The notes beneath the pieces were generated by a model. The model saw only the letters and a program-made list of their open reading frames with translations, was not told the DNA's origin and ran no database searches. Both the position numbers and the translations under genes were made by a program. DNA of 64,000 nucleotides from a virus (Duplodnaviria > Caudoviricetes): positions 32,001 through 96,000 of the IMG/VR virus record IMGVR_UViG_3300031555_003522. One strand, given 5' to 3'. Below are positions 38,941-49,502 of this stretch, in pieces (the first letter of the stretch is position 1; the number at the start of each line of letters is the position of its first letter).

Positions 38941-39035
38941 TTCCTTTCATTTTCATGTATTATTGTTTAGTTACAAGCATAATTAAGCTCCTCTTGAACA
39001 ATATAATAATTATATAGAATGTGAGGGAATCTCAT

Positions 39036-40802
39036 ATGATTTATTCATTGAGTGAAAATGTAAAATATATGAGATCTATACAGAGCCCATATGATGCTCG
39101 TAAGAGATCTTACTCTAGTGATAACCCATTTGAGAGTTTAGCATTAACCAATCCAGAATTGTTCAATGAAGCTAAACTTCAGGCATTGGAAAAAAGTAGA
39201 AATCTTGTAAAAGATTTTGATGATTATTTCGGAAAAATATTGGATGCAGATAATGCTAGGTTTAGGGAATTTGCAAAAGATAAAGGCGAAAAATGGACAG
39301 ATAAAGATCTTGATGATTATCAGGATATGTTTAACGTGTCTATACACACGGCCATGTACTCTGATTTCGAAGCATTAAAACAGACAACCGGTTTATCTGA
39401 TACTATAATAAATAGAATGATTTATAAAGCGTATATTCCTGATTCTCTTACAGAAGAGGGATGTAAAAAGCTTATAGATATCAGAATGAAACAAAGTCAG
39501 CTCCTTATAGATGCATTATATGATATGCTTGAGATGAATTATATAATGCTTGGTATAGATGCCGGACGGGCTAAAGATCTCTCTAAGAAATTAGGAGATC
39601 CAAAAACATCAGATAAAGCTATAGGTGATATAAAATCTGCATTATCTAACCCAAAAACGTTAGAAAAATTTAGAATGGGTCTTAGTAATTATGACTTTAG
39701 ACCCATTGGTGGTGCATGTGTATTTATTGCGACTGGATTAGATTTATCTTCTGCTAATCCAGTAAAATATATACCCAATCTATTTAAGTATGATGCTATT
39801 GTATTTGGCCATGGTCAATATAGTAGAAATGAGAGGCCTTATACTCCTTTAGGAATGTGGGTTAAAAATGTAAAAGATGTGCTTAAAAAGATACACATGT
39901 ACATGGATGGACTTATCAAACTTTCTAAAGAATACGAGGGAATTATTAGTGATTCTTTGAAGTCTGATATATCTACATTAAAGTTTTATATAGATGGACT
40001 TCTCTCTAAAAAACTATATGAAAATGATATTGTAGAATTCAGAAATAGGGTTGAATCTCTATTAAATAAAATGATAGAAGAATCTACCCATATTTCTAAT
40101 ATAGAGCAAAGAAGTAAACTAATAAGATATATAGATATGATAGATTATGCCTATCAACCCATCATTAGTAGACTCGATATAGATCAAGCAAAGATGGATG
40201 GGAAGGCTGCTACATGGGTAGTACAGCCAGTGTCTACTTTAGAGCATCAGAATCTAACTCATATTGTAGATATTGTAAGAGCCCTTAAAAAAGAAGGATT
40301 TAAGAATATCCTAATTAATTCTTGTAATCCTGGAGGGGTAAAACTACCTAAAGATATCATAGATGATCCATCAATAACAGTCACTATGGGAAAATATAGT
40401 GTACTTAAAGAAACTTCTATTATCTTTAATGAAAGTTTTGAAGGCATTAAAACTAAGATAAAGAAAGCTGTAAATTCTGCAAAAGAAGCTATAGGAAGAA
40501 TTACTGGAAACTGTCGTAAACTAATAAAAAATATAAGCGATGTATTAAAAGATACAAAGAAGAATTGCTTTAAAAATGTAGAATTTACTTATATCGCTGT
40601 TAGCGGAACAAGAGCTAGAATTGTAAAAGATACTTATGATTCTACATCTATTCTTGAGAAACAACTAAATAATTCGAGTAACACTATTATTGGATTAATT
40701 GAGCGTCGTCTTAAAGATGATGTAGAATATTACGGTCGGCTTGAAAAAGTATCCAATAATTCAGTTAATGAAAATCCTTTCTCTAATATCAAATTTAAAT
40801 AA
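39036..40802 (+). CDS. Late protein with MIYSLSE N-tag, NENPFSNIKFK C-tag and a possible clan CD (His-Gly/Ser-Cys) peptidase-like domain
   Basis: YDAIVFGHG ... ILINSCNPGG; late promoter 38997-39008. Confidence 0.6.
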   Translation: MIYSLSENVKYMRSIQSPYDARKRSYSSDNPFESLALTNPELFNEAKLQALEKSRNLVKDFDDYFGKILDADNARFREFAKDKGEKWTDKDLDDYQDMFNVSIHTAMYSDFEALKQTTGLSDTIINRMIYKAYIPDSLTEEGCKKLIDIRMKQSQLLIDALYDMLEMNYIMLGIDAGRAKDLSKKLGDPKTSDKAIGDIKSALSNPKTLEKFRMGLSNYDFRPIGGACVFIATGLDLSSANPVKYIPNLFKYDAIVFGHGQYSRNERPYTPLGMWVKNVKDVLKKIHMYMDGLIKLSKEYEGIISDSLKSDISTLKFYIDGLLSKKLYENDIVEFRNRVESLLNKMIEESTHISNIEQRSKLIRYIDMIDYAYQPIISRLDIDQAKMDGKAATWVVQPVSTLEHQNLTHIVDIVRALKKEGFKNILINSCNPGGVKLPKDIIDDPSITVTMGKYSVLKETSIIFNESFEGIKTKIKKAVNSAKEAIGRITGNCRKLIKNISDVLKDTKKNCFKNVEFTYIAVSGTRARIVKDTYDSTSILEKQLNNSSNTIIGLIERRLKDDVEYYGRLEKVSNNSVNENPFSNIKFK

Positions 40803-40888
40803 TAATACAGGTAGGTCATTATGACCTACCTGTTTGATTTTTACATAATTTTAAACTTTTTAATAATCTATTGAAGGGGGTATTTATT

Positions 40889-41356
40889 ATGGAAATACAT
40901 CATAGTGATGATTTGGGAAGAAAATATAATCATATGCTTTTTAATGCTTGTATTTCATATTTTATAAGCATAATTACATCTATACTTTATATTGATTGTA
41001 CAATTAATGGATATTATGCTGCTGGGTTTATGATTAATTCTGCAGGTATTGTCTTAGTATCCAAATTCATTCTACATATGTATGAATATTTTATAGCGGC
41101 TTTTAAATACACTGAAAATGTGAGATACAGTGGAGGGGTACATAGATATATTAGTATATTTCTGTTAGCTATTAATGGAGTTTTTTATATTATCTCACTA
41201 ATTAATTATAGAATGAGTTTTGATAGTTCTATTAATAATACAGAAGAAGAGTTATTTATCACAATAGCATTTTGTATGTGGACTTTTGTAATTTACTCTA
41301 CTCTGGATAAGGTAAATTCTAGAGTGGAAGAATATATTAAAATGATTAAGGGTTAG
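40889..41356 (+). CDS. Late four-TM membrane protein
   Basis: Four hydrophobic segments; late motif 40854-40865. Confidence 0.65.
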   Translation: MEIHHSDDLGRKYNHMLFNACISYFISIITSILYIDCTINGYYAAGFMINSAGIVLVSKFILHMYEYFIAAFKYTENVRYSGGVHRYISIFLLAINGVFYIISLINYRMSFDSSINNTEEELFITIAFCMWTFVIYSTLDKVNSRVEEYIKMIKG

Positions 41357-41380
41357 GGATTATATCCCTAACCCTCTTTT

Positions 41381-41938
41381 TTATCTACTATAATACTTTA
41401 TTCTATTTTTAAGACGATTTGCCTCTTCACGATATTTTGTTTTAAGCTCTTTATCATCAGTTTTGTCTGCTTTATCTCTAAGAAGCTTAACCATATCTTC
41501 TGCTTCGGATTTACATTTCTTAAATTCTGCTGTATCTATAGCTAGTCTAAGAAGTCTATCTATAAGTTTAGTAATAATGAAACCGATCATCCAAAGCAGC
41601 CAACCCTTAATACTAAAAGGAGCGAATGGGGCAATAGCATTAATATATACAAAAAAGTTTCCAATTGTTTCTACAACATCAATACCAATGCTAAGAATAT
41701 CTAAAATAATCTGAATTGCTCTTTTACCGAAATTCATATATTTATTTAGATCTTTAGATAATTCTTCATCAGAAAGATCTACAGAATCTTTGACTTTTTG
41801 CATGGCCTTCTTTAGACCTCTATAGTCATTACCCTCTTGAAGGAAATTATTTAGAAACCAATCAAACTTGGCTCCTTCATTGAGAGTGATTATATTATCA
41901 TTAATAAATTCTACTTCATTAAAAATACCATAATCCAT
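41381..41938 (-). CDS. Late protein with hydrophobic hairpin; paralog of 50758..51429; N-terminal GIFNEVEFI tag
   Basis: LNEGAKFD...EG.DY.GLKK...DT.EF...Y..EA.RL; GAGGTG SD before ATG 41938; late motif 41977-41966. Confidence 0.75.
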   Translation of the reverse strand: MDYGIFNEVEFINDNIITLNEGAKFDWFLNNFLQEGNDYRGLKKAMQKVKDSVDLSDEELSKDLNKYMNFGKRAIQIILDILSIGIDVVETIGNFFVYINAIAPFAPFSIKGWLLWMIGFIITKLIDRLLRLAIDTAEFKKCKSEAEDMVKLLRDKADKTDDKELKTKYREEANRLKNRIKYYSR

Positions 41939-42047
41939 AGTACTTTTCACCTCTATTTATAATATTATTAATTTGTTAAATAATGGTATTAAAATTGTCA
42001 ATATATACAAAAACTTAAACTAAAAGGTAAAAAGGAGGTATTATATA

Positions 42048-42482
42048 ATGAAATCTTATATCAAATTATTTATTTTATTAATTCTTTTTATGGCATTTAT
42101 ATCTATTATACTTGTAGGAATTATGCTATTAGGAGAAGGAACAATGGATAGTACTTCATGGAGAAGTACATCTATTTATACCTGTTGTGTAACTAGTATT
42201 ATTCATTTTATAACAGATTGGATTTATAAAGAATCTAAGAATAAAAATAGTAAGATAAAAATAACTAAAAAAGTTATAAGTCTTACATTTTTAATCTCTA
42301 TGTATATTCAAATAATTAGTACAATTTATATATGCTTTGGAGCATGGAAATTGTTTGGATCAATACATCCAATAGAATATTTTTCTGTAGCGATATTCTT
42401 ATTGCTAAGTATATATTCTTTTAAAAGAGCTTCATATACATTAATTGGTAGGGGTGGAAAAAATAATGGAAAAGAAGAATAA
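42048..42482 (+). CDS. Late four-TM membrane protein
   Basis: AGGAGG SD; late motif 42018-42029; four hydrophobic segments. Confidence 0.7.
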   Translation: MKSYIKLFILLILFMAFISIILVGIMLLGEGTMDSTSWRSTSIYTCCVTSIIHFITDWIYKESKNKNSKIKITKKVISLTFLISMYIQIISTIYICFGAWKLFGSIHPIEYFSVAIFLLLSIYSFKRASYTLIGRGGKNNGKEE

Positions 42483-42921
42483 AAAGAAAAGATTTAAAAT
42501 ATGGCCAAATATGGTTGTTGTAGTAGATCCTAATAATGAAATGAAACAGGTAGACTATGGTCTAAATAAAGCTATAACTATTCGTAGAGTTAAATGGAGA
42601 CCATTTGGAAATTCTATGTGGGAGGTAGGAGATCCTGATGCTATTGGAGCTAATAAAGGTAAAACAACATTTCTCCCAGAAAAATATTTATACCCATTGG
42701 GTATAGTGGTTACAAGAATACCTGCAGATATGCCTATATTTAACGAAAAAGATTTACAAAATCTTAAAATGATTGTAAATCTTCTAGATGGTATTCCTGA
42801 TAATGTAATAAAAGCTTATCTTCCACAAGGATACTCTAAATTTGATAAAAAAGAGATATCCGATAGAGTGAAAGCTATATATTTAAAAATTAAACACTGT
42901 AAAGAGATGAGGGATATATAA
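42445..42921 (+). CDS. Hypothetical protein
   Basis: ORF; likely start 42466. Confidence 0.65.
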   Translation: MVGVEKIMEKKNKKKRFKIWPNMVVVVDPNNEMKQVDYGLNKAITIRRVKWRPFGNSMWEVGDPDAIGANKGKTTFLPEKYLYPLGIVVTRIPADMPIFNEKDLQNLKMIVNLLDGIPDNVIKAYLPQGYSKFDKKEISDRVKAIYLKIKHCKEMRDI

Positions 42922-43196
42922 TGGCTGATAATGAAAATATCGAATTAGTAGAGCCAATCATTTTTTCAGATCCGTTAGAACAGTTCATATCGCGAAGATT
43001 AACAAAAATTCAATTGGTTGGTCTCCGTAAAATGAAAAGATTAACCCAGAAAGAGGTATCGGAAGCAACTGGATTATCCGTTCAGTGTATTTCAGATATA
43101 GAGAATGAAGATGGAGGTAACCCGACACTCAAGAGTATGATAAAATATCTTGATTGCTTGGGTTATGAAATGGTATTTCAGAAAAGGAGTGTATAA
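42921..43196 (+). CDS. XRE-family helix-turn-helix protein
   Basis: LRKMKRLTQKEVSEATGLSVQCISDIEN..GNPTLKSMIKYLDCLG. Confidence 0.88.
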   Translation: MADNENIELVEPIIFSDPLEQFISRRLTKIQLVGLRKMKRLTQKEVSEATGLSVQCISDIENEDGGNPTLKSMIKYLDCLGYEMVFQKRSV

Positions 43197-43198
43197 TT

Positions 43199-43894
43199 AT
43201 GGCATTTCGATATAGAGCTACTAATGAAGCAGAGAGTTTGAATATCTACAATAAATCTTATAGAGCAATCTGTCCGGACTGTGGCAATGTAACCACATTT
43301 ATTGCTGATACAGAGATCATGCTTTATGATACTACCGAAGTTATGGATACTTTTGGCAGAGGTAAAACTCCACTTAGTAATCTTGATATAAATATAAGCC
43401 TTAATACTTTATGTAAATCTTGTAGAGATAAGAATGGAAATAAAGATAATTGTATTATAGAAAATATGGCTCTATATCGCCTTAGGTATGCTTTCCAGAG
43501 ATTATTAGATAAGAATGAAATTTGTGGTATGAGTAATTTTAATTTCTGTGAAATATCCGATAAGCCTACCATGATAGCAGGTAGACAGGTTATTACCTAT
43601 AGCATGCCATCGGCAAAATATCTGATACCTAAGGATAAAAAGTCTATGGTAAATTCTATGCTGTCCACATTTATGATAGATGGAAGAATGACAGTGGGTA
43701 TCCATGTAGTGATGAATATAGAAGAGGAAGATACCAATTATACCTACTATGCTATTAGATTTTATATAGATGAATCTATGGTATCCATGATCTACGATCC
43801 TGGTATTTATCACGATTATAAAGAATTTGTTGATAATCTATTTATTGAAAAATTGGATACTTTGGCTAGGATGATCGAAGAGGCTACTCCTTAA
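43199..43894 (+). CDS. CxxC...CxxC paralog family protein
   Basis: ICPDCGN...LCKSC. Confidence 0.65.
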   Translation: MAFRYRATNEAESLNIYNKSYRAICPDCGNVTTFIADTEIMLYDTTEVMDTFGRGKTPLSNLDINISLNTLCKSCRDKNGNKDNCIIENMALYRLRYAFQRLLDKNEICGMSNFNFCEISDKPTMIAGRQVITYSMPSAKYLIPKDKKSMVNSMLSTFMIDGRMTVGIHVVMNIEEEDTNYTYYAIRFYIDESMVSMIYDPGIYHDYKEFVDNLFIEKLDTLARMIEEATP

Positions 43895-43941
43895 ATTCTA
43901 TTCTAAAGAGATATTATAGAACTGAAAGGAGGAAGATTTCT

Positions 43942-44991
43942 ATGGCTTCCAAAGCATCTTCTGAAGCCTTCGAAGCACTTAAACATTATCTTATTAATGA
44001 GCATAATGCTAAGACTGCTAGTGGCGGTAAAGAAGTAGTAAAACGTTGTCATTTCTGTGGAGATTCTAGAGATCCTACCTCTAGACATCTTTATATAGGT
44101 CTCACATCAGATGGTGTAATCAAATTCAATTGCTTCAAATGTAATTCCGGAGGTGTTGTTGATGGTAAATTCCTTAGAGATATGGGATGCTATGATACAA
44201 ACCTCATAATACTTTGTAATGAGCTAAATCAGAAAAATTCTAGTTCTAATCCCTCCCGTTCAGGTAAATATAGGAGAGAAATAATGCAAAACACTCCTCA
44301 TTTCTTTACAAGAGATGATGAGTTTACAAAAAAGAAATTAGCATATATATCTAAAAGAATGGGAATAGAGTTTACTGTACAAATGTGTGCTCAATTTAAA
44401 ATCATTCTCAATCTTAAAGATTTCTTAATGACTAATAATATTACTCAATATACTAGAAGTCCTAATCTTATAGATGAACTTGATAAATTCTTTATCGGGT
44501 TTTTATCTATGGATAATTGTTATATTACAATGAGACGACTAGTACCTGAAGGGAAGGTATCTAAATATATCGATACTAGATATGTCAACTACAATATTTA
44601 TGGTATGACAGATAATAGTATGAGATATTATACTATACCTACCCTAGTCAATCCTATACTACCTTTAGATATTCATATTGCTGAGGGCGCTTTTGATGTA
44701 TTGTCTATATATCTTAATCTACCTCATGTAAGTGAGAATAGCATCTATGCATCTATTGGAGGAAAATCTTATGCAGCTCTTGTTAGATTCTTTATCATAA
44801 ATTATGGATTTACAGGATTTAATCTGCATCTGTATCCAGATGCTGATATTGGACTAAATAAGATGCAAGCTATAAGAGAAGAATTAAGACCATTCAATAT
44901 AACAGTATATGTTCACTCTAATATGTCTCCTGGGGAAAAGGATTATGGTGTATCTAGGGATAGAATTATAGACAGTGTCACAAGAATTTGA
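43942..44991 (+). CDS. DNA primase (zinc ribbon + TOPRIM)
   Basis: RCHFCGDS...HLYI...FNCFKCN; IAEGAFDVLSI; YPDAD; KDYG. Confidence 0.88.
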   Translation: MASKASSEAFEALKHYLINEHNAKTASGGKEVVKRCHFCGDSRDPTSRHLYIGLTSDGVIKFNCFKCNSGGVVDGKFLRDMGCYDTNLIILCNELNQKNSSSNPSRSGKYRREIMQNTPHFFTRDDEFTKKKLAYISKRMGIEFTVQMCAQFKIILNLKDFLMTNNITQYTRSPNLIDELDKFFIGFLSMDNCYITMRRLVPEGKVSKYIDTRYVNYNIYGMTDNSMRYYTIPTLVNPILPLDIHIAEGAFDVLSIYLNLPHVSENSIYASIGGKSYAALVRFFIINYGFTGFNLHLYPDADIGLNKMQAIREELRPFNITVYVHSNMSPGEKDYGVSRDRIIDSVTRI

Positions 44992-45000
44992 GGTGAAGTT

Positions 45001-45306
45001 ATGACTACGAATGGAATAATTAATGATGAAATTGCTAGAAATTTTAGAAGAATAATAAATGATAGAATGGCTAATTATAAAAATGTAGTTATGGAGCGAC
45101 GTGCCAATTGTATTAGTTTTATAGAAGTATCAGACCAGCAATATAGAAGACCTATTTGTAAAATTATTGTGCGTGAAGATCACTATGCTTTAGTTGGGTC
45201 TATAGATAAAGGTATTATACATGTACCTGCTAGAAATTATATACTGGATAGGTTTAGAATACACAGATGGCTTCATAAAATTATAAAAAACTATAGAAGA
45301 TGGTGA
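45001..45306 (+). CDS. Hypothetical protein
   Basis: GAGGTG SD. Confidence 0.65.
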   Translation: MTTNGIINDEIARNFRRIINDRMANYKNVVMERRANCISFIEVSDQQYRRPICKIIVREDHYALVGSIDKGIIHVPARNYILDRFRIHRWLHKIIKNYRRW

Positions 45307-45393
45307 TTAATCACCATCTTCTTTTTTTGTTATTTGGGTCATTTCTATCTAACCTAACATTATACTAATTATAGGAAAGGAGCGCAAATCTCT

Positions 45394-45534
45394 ATGAATG
45401 ATGTTGAAAAGCTGTATCTCGAGCAGATGCAGAATGAAGGATATCAACGACTTGTACATGATGATTTTGGCTTTGTTGATAATATGATTGATCAGAATGA
45501 TCTTAATAAAATAAATGATAAGGAGAATAATTGA
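45394..45534 (+). CDS. Small late protein (46 aa)
   Basis: AAGGAG SD after late motif 45356-45367; below ORF-track cutoff. Confidence 0.5.
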   Translation: MNDVEKLYLEQMQNEGYQRLVHDDFGFVDNMIDQNDLNKINDKENN

Positions 45535-45535
45535 T

Positions 45536-46183
45536 ATGCCGTCTATGACTAAGCGTGTTAATATTACCACAACTATACCTGTACGTACTATTACCCCTCC
45601 TCTGAGTGGTACTTATAAAGGCATTATTATGTCTACAGGAGATATTCTAAAGTGTATTTCTCGTCGCGCTATTGTGGATGAGATTCTTCCTAATGGCACT
45701 ACTGTTCGTCTGACTATGCGTAATTACTATACCGATAATGGTGCTGGTCTGGATGCCGCGGAACGTGCTGCATCTTCCAAGATTGTAGATGAAAAACAGG
45801 TTGAACCACCCAAGAATGAGGAAGAAACTTCTCCTGCTAAGGAAGAGAATAAGGCTCCGGAAGTGCCTGTAGAACCCGATGTTACTTCCAATGATGAAAC
45901 AGCTACTGCCGCTGAGGAAGAAACTAAGGTAAACGAAGCTCCGGTGGTGGAGACAGAAAAGACCAATGAAGAAGAGCCTGAAGCTGGTGTGGAACCTGCT
46001 GTTAATGTAGCGGTTGCTCAGGTTGAAGAAGAGCATCATGAAGAAAATTCTAATGATGAGCCTCCTGTTGATAGTGAACTCGATGAATCTAAATCTACTA
46101 AGAAGACTAGTAGCAAGAAGGGTTCTAAGAAGAATACTGCTAAGAAGGCCGAAAGTACTTCTGAAAGCGAGTCTGCTGAATAA
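45536..46183 (+). CDS. Late protein with small N-terminal domain and long Glu/Pro-rich, then Lys-rich, disordered tail
   Basis: TAAGGAG SD before ATG 45536. Confidence 0.75.
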   Translation: MPSMTKRVNITTTIPVRTITPPLSGTYKGIIMSTGDILKCISRRAIVDEILPNGTTVRLTMRNYYTDNGAGLDAAERAASSKIVDEKQVEPPKNEEETSPAKEENKAPEVPVEPDVTSNDETATAAEEETKVNEAPVVETEKTNEEEPEAGVEPAVNVAVAQVEEEHHEENSNDEPPVDSELDESKSTKKTSSKKGSKKNTAKKAESTSESESAE

Positions 46184-46268
46184 TATGAAAGACCAGAAGA
46201 TGAATCCCTCTGGTCTGTTTTTTTTCAAAAACTATATAATAAGAAATTTATAAGGGGGAAAATACTCT

Positions 46269-46838
46269 ATGATATATTCTTTGAATGAGGGTTTCTTTGA
46301 TAAGAAGCCTAATAAATTTGCTATGAGTAATCCTAAAGAAACAGAAGATGCTATTAAAGCAGTTCTTAAATATTATGAGGACTCTATTAAGTATATTAAT
46401 AAGATTGCCGCTCTGGTCAGTAAAGAAGATTATTTTGATACTGATGATGATAAAATGGCTGATTATATGACAGAATTGGGTAAGATTGAGGAAAAGCTGA
46501 AAGATATTCCTGCTAAAGCCAGAAGGGCTCAGTATCAGTTACTGAAAGCGTATGCTACTAAGGAATATAATGAAGCGGATATTCCTGAAGGGGCATCTAA
46601 AGAATATAGAGCTCTCCACAAGAAAGTGTGTAAAAATGGAGAGTTTGTTAAAGCATTTATGCAGCACTCTAGAACTCTGTACAAACATGCAGATAGATAC
46701 GACTCTTACAGAAAGAGAGATATGAATACTATTCATAAGAATGCTTGTGAGCAATATGGTGGAATGGTTGGTATACTTATCGGTAGCATCCCTTTCTTTA
46801 ATCCATTTAAAAAGTTGCCAGAGGGTGCTAGGGATTAA
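46269..46838 (+). CDS. Late protein with MIYSLNE N-tag; probable internal head protein
   Basis: Late motif 46230-46241; own terminator. Confidence 0.7.
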   Translation: MIYSLNEGFFDKKPNKFAMSNPKETEDAIKAVLKYYEDSIKYINKIAALVSKEDYFDTDDDKMADYMTELGKIEEKLKDIPAKARRAQYQLLKAYATKEYNEADIPEGASKEYRALHKKVCKNGEFVKAFMQHSRTLYKHADRYDSYRKRDMNTIHKNACEQYGGMVGILIGSIPFFNPFKKLPEGARD

Positions 46839-46936
46839 TTTATTACTGAGGTTGGATTTATATCCAACCTCTTATTTTTTAACCACTTATATTATCCTCA
46901 ACGATTTATTAAAATAATTAGAAGGAGTATCTATAT

Positions 46937-47344
46937 ATGAGATCAATGTGCGAAATAGACGGGTTCACTTTATCTGATTCTATTGCAAAGCTAATAGATA
47001 TAGAAAAAGTTACTTCTATAAAAAATTGGAATGGATACAATGCTGATCCAATTTCTAAAGAAGTTTTTAATAAAACTAGAGATATATTATTGAGAGTCAT
47101 AAATCAACCTTTTATAGCTCCTACAGCAAATAATTCTATTCAATTGGAATATCATAATGATGATGGTGCTTATCTAGAATTTGAAGTATTTGCGGATTCT
47201 GTAAAAATATTCTTTCTTCATGGAGCATCATATACTAAACCTTTAACAAATTTGAGTGATATAAATCTCATGATAATAGATTTTTTATATGGAAATTATA
47301 ATTCTATAATTAATATGGAGGGTAATAAAGATGAATGCAACTAA
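46937..47344 (+). CDS. Hypothetical protein
   Basis: AAGGAG SD; NWNGYNADPI...P....IQLEY pattern. Confidence 0.65.
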   Translation: MRSMCEIDGFTLSDSIAKLIDIEKVTSIKNWNGYNADPISKEVFNKTRDILLRVINQPFIAPTANNSIQLEYHNDDGAYLEFEVFADSVKIFFLHGASYTKPLTNLSDINLMIIDFLYGNYNSIINMEGNKDECN

Positions 47345-48473
47345 AATTTGTATTTATGCTATATGTAAAGATGAAGTAGAGTATATAGATAAATGGATAG
47401 AATCCATGAGTGAGGCTGATTATATAGTGGTTCTAGATACGGGATCTACAGATGGTACATATGAAAAGTTTGTAGAACTAGCAAAAAATAATCCAAAACT
47501 AATTGTTGATCAGAAAATTATAAGACCTTGGAGATTCGATGTAGCAAGAAATGAAGGAATGAAGCTTATTCCTGAAGATGCTAATGTACTTTTTAGTACT
47601 GATTTGGATGAGCTTCTAGAACCAGGTTGGTCTAATGTAATAAAACTCAAATGGAGAGTTGGAGTTCATCAAGAAGGTATTTATAAATATATATGGTCTC
47701 ATGGGCCAAATGGAGAACCGGGGCGTGTTTTCCATTATAATAAAATGCATTGCCCTGGATGGGAATGGAAGTATCCTGTACATGAAATGCTTGTAAAGAA
47801 ACCAGAGTTAGCGTCTAAGCATGTAGGCCAAGATGATACTACTTGTTATATGTTTGATGAGATAACTCTTCATCACTATCCTAAAACAAAAACTACTAGA
47901 AGTTCTTATCTTCCACTTCTTAAACTCAGGAAGCAGGAGAATACAGACGATTATTATGGTCTAATTTATCTTGCTCATGAATATATGTATAGAGGAGAAT
48001 ATCAAAATTCTATTAATGAGCTTAAATTTATTTTGGAGAATTATAATGATAAATACAATTCTCTAGAACAAACAAGCTGCTATTTATTTATGGGAGACTC
48101 CTATATGGCTTTAGAAAAACACATTGATGCTCTAGAATCATATAGAAAAGGTGTTGAACTGGAACCCAGCTATAGAGAATGCTATCTGGGTGCAGCTAAA
48201 GCTCTAATGGCAATGAAGAGATGGGGTACCGCCGAAAGTTTTATCATAGAGGGTCTTACTAAATCTTGGAGGCATTATACTTGGCTAGAAAGAGATACCA
48301 GTTGGAGAGAAGAACCTTATGATCTTCTTAGTCTTGCGGCATATTATGGAGGAAAAAAGAAAGATGCTCTTGCTTATGCTGTAAAGGCATGTAGCCTTAA
48401 TACTACAGATGATAGACTTCAAGATAATGTAAAACTTATTCTAGAGAATATGGAAAATACAGACTTCTTCTAA
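47331..48473 (+). CDS. Glycosyltransferase family 2 with C-terminal TPR repeats
   Basis: ICIYAICKDE, VVLDTGSTDGT, FDVARN, STDLDE, W.YPVHE; TPR-like helices. Confidence 0.88.
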   Translation: MNATKICIYAICKDEVEYIDKWIESMSEADYIVVLDTGSTDGTYEKFVELAKNNPKLIVDQKIIRPWRFDVARNEGMKLIPEDANVLFSTDLDELLEPGWSNVIKLKWRVGVHQEGIYKYIWSHGPNGEPGRVFHYNKMHCPGWEWKYPVHEMLVKKPELASKHVGQDDTTCYMFDEITLHHYPKTKTTRSSYLPLLKLRKQENTDDYYGLIYLAHEYMYRGEYQNSINELKFILENYNDKYNSLEQTSCYLFMGDSYMALEKHIDALESYRKGVELEPSYRECYLGAAKALMAMKRWGTAESFIIEGLTKSWRHYTWLERDTSWREEPYDLLSLAAYYGGKKKDALAYAVKACSLNTTDDRLQDNVKLILENMENTDFF

Positions 48474-48521
48474 AAAAAAAAATAAACCCAAGGAGATTTT
48501 CTCTCCTTGGGTTGTTTTTAT

Positions 48522-49361
48522 TTAGATAAGATTTACATTAGAGAAGATTCCACAACTTTCATGATTAAATGATTTAAGAAGATCTTCTAAAGCCTTTCTG
48601 TTCTCTTCTTGCTTTTTATCTATATCGCTGTCTTTATTCTGTTGTCTTATTCTAGATAAAGTGGCATCAATTTCTTTCATACGCTCATTATGATCAGATA
48701 TAAATTTATTTCTTGCAGCTTGAACTTCTTTTAATTTATTCTCTAAAGAAGCAGTAAAATCATTACCTTCTTCTAGTAAATAAACAATCGATCCTTCTTT
48801 GAGTAAATTAAGCTTTTTAAGATTCTTATCGCTAGTACTTATGGCAGTAATAGACATGCTAAGACCACTATAATTACTTGCTATACCATTACTAGTAGTA
48901 TATCCAACAGACATATCACATATAGCTATAACGTCATCAGATATTTGCTTATACATATGAAATCCTTTAAAAAAGTCTTTAAATGCACTACCAGAAGATG
49001 GCATGGGCTTAAATCCATGAGAAGCTATAATTCTCCCTATATCATTAGCTAAGTCTCTAGGTGTGGTAAAATTGATATTGATATAATTTATAGCTCTGGT
49101 ACTCATATCAAACTTAGGACCAGAAGATTTAATTTTCTTCTTAAGTTTGTCCATACTTTTGATATATCCATTCACATCCTTTACAAGAACATGCTGTCTC
49201 TTGAAAAGTGAATAATGATTAGAAAGATTATCGAAATACTTACGCATATCTTCATAGATATCAAGTGCAAGTTTCTCTACATCTTTATATTCTTCGGCCT
49301 TATCAAAGCCAAATTCCATAATAATATCAATGGTAGTAGCTTCATTAATAGAATAAATCAT
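48522..49361 (-). CDS. Late protein with MIYSINE N-tag and ESCGIFSNVNLI C-tag; probable internal head protein
   Basis: Upstream element nearly identical to that of 26629; late motif 49398-49387. Confidence 0.75.
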   Translation of the reverse strand: MIYSINEATTIDIIMEFGFDKAEEYKDVEKLALDIYEDMRKYFDNLSNHYSLFKRQHVLVKDVNGYIKSMDKLKKKIKSSGPKFDMSTRAINYININFTTPRDLANDIGRIIASHGFKPMPSSGSAFKDFFKGFHMYKQISDDVIAICDMSVGYTTSNGIASNYSGLSMSITAISTSDKNLKKLNLLKEGSIVYLLEEGNDFTASLENKLKEVQAARNKFISDHNERMKEIDATLSRIRQQNKDSDIDKKQEENRKALEDLLKSFNHESCGIFSNVNLI

Positions 49362-49502
49362 TTATATTTCTCCTTTCGAGTTTCTTTATTATTTCGTTTT
49401 TTTTTTTGCGATAAAAGTGATCTAAAAGTGACATTTTTGACTATCAAATAGAATGAGTAGTATTTCAACTTATTAATAATTGACTGATTGGAGGTATCGG
49501 TA

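Noticed and set aside
33931-42482. Holin assignment for the three late four-TM proteins
   Set aside because: No adjacent endolysin and no recognisable holin family motif; left as membrane proteins
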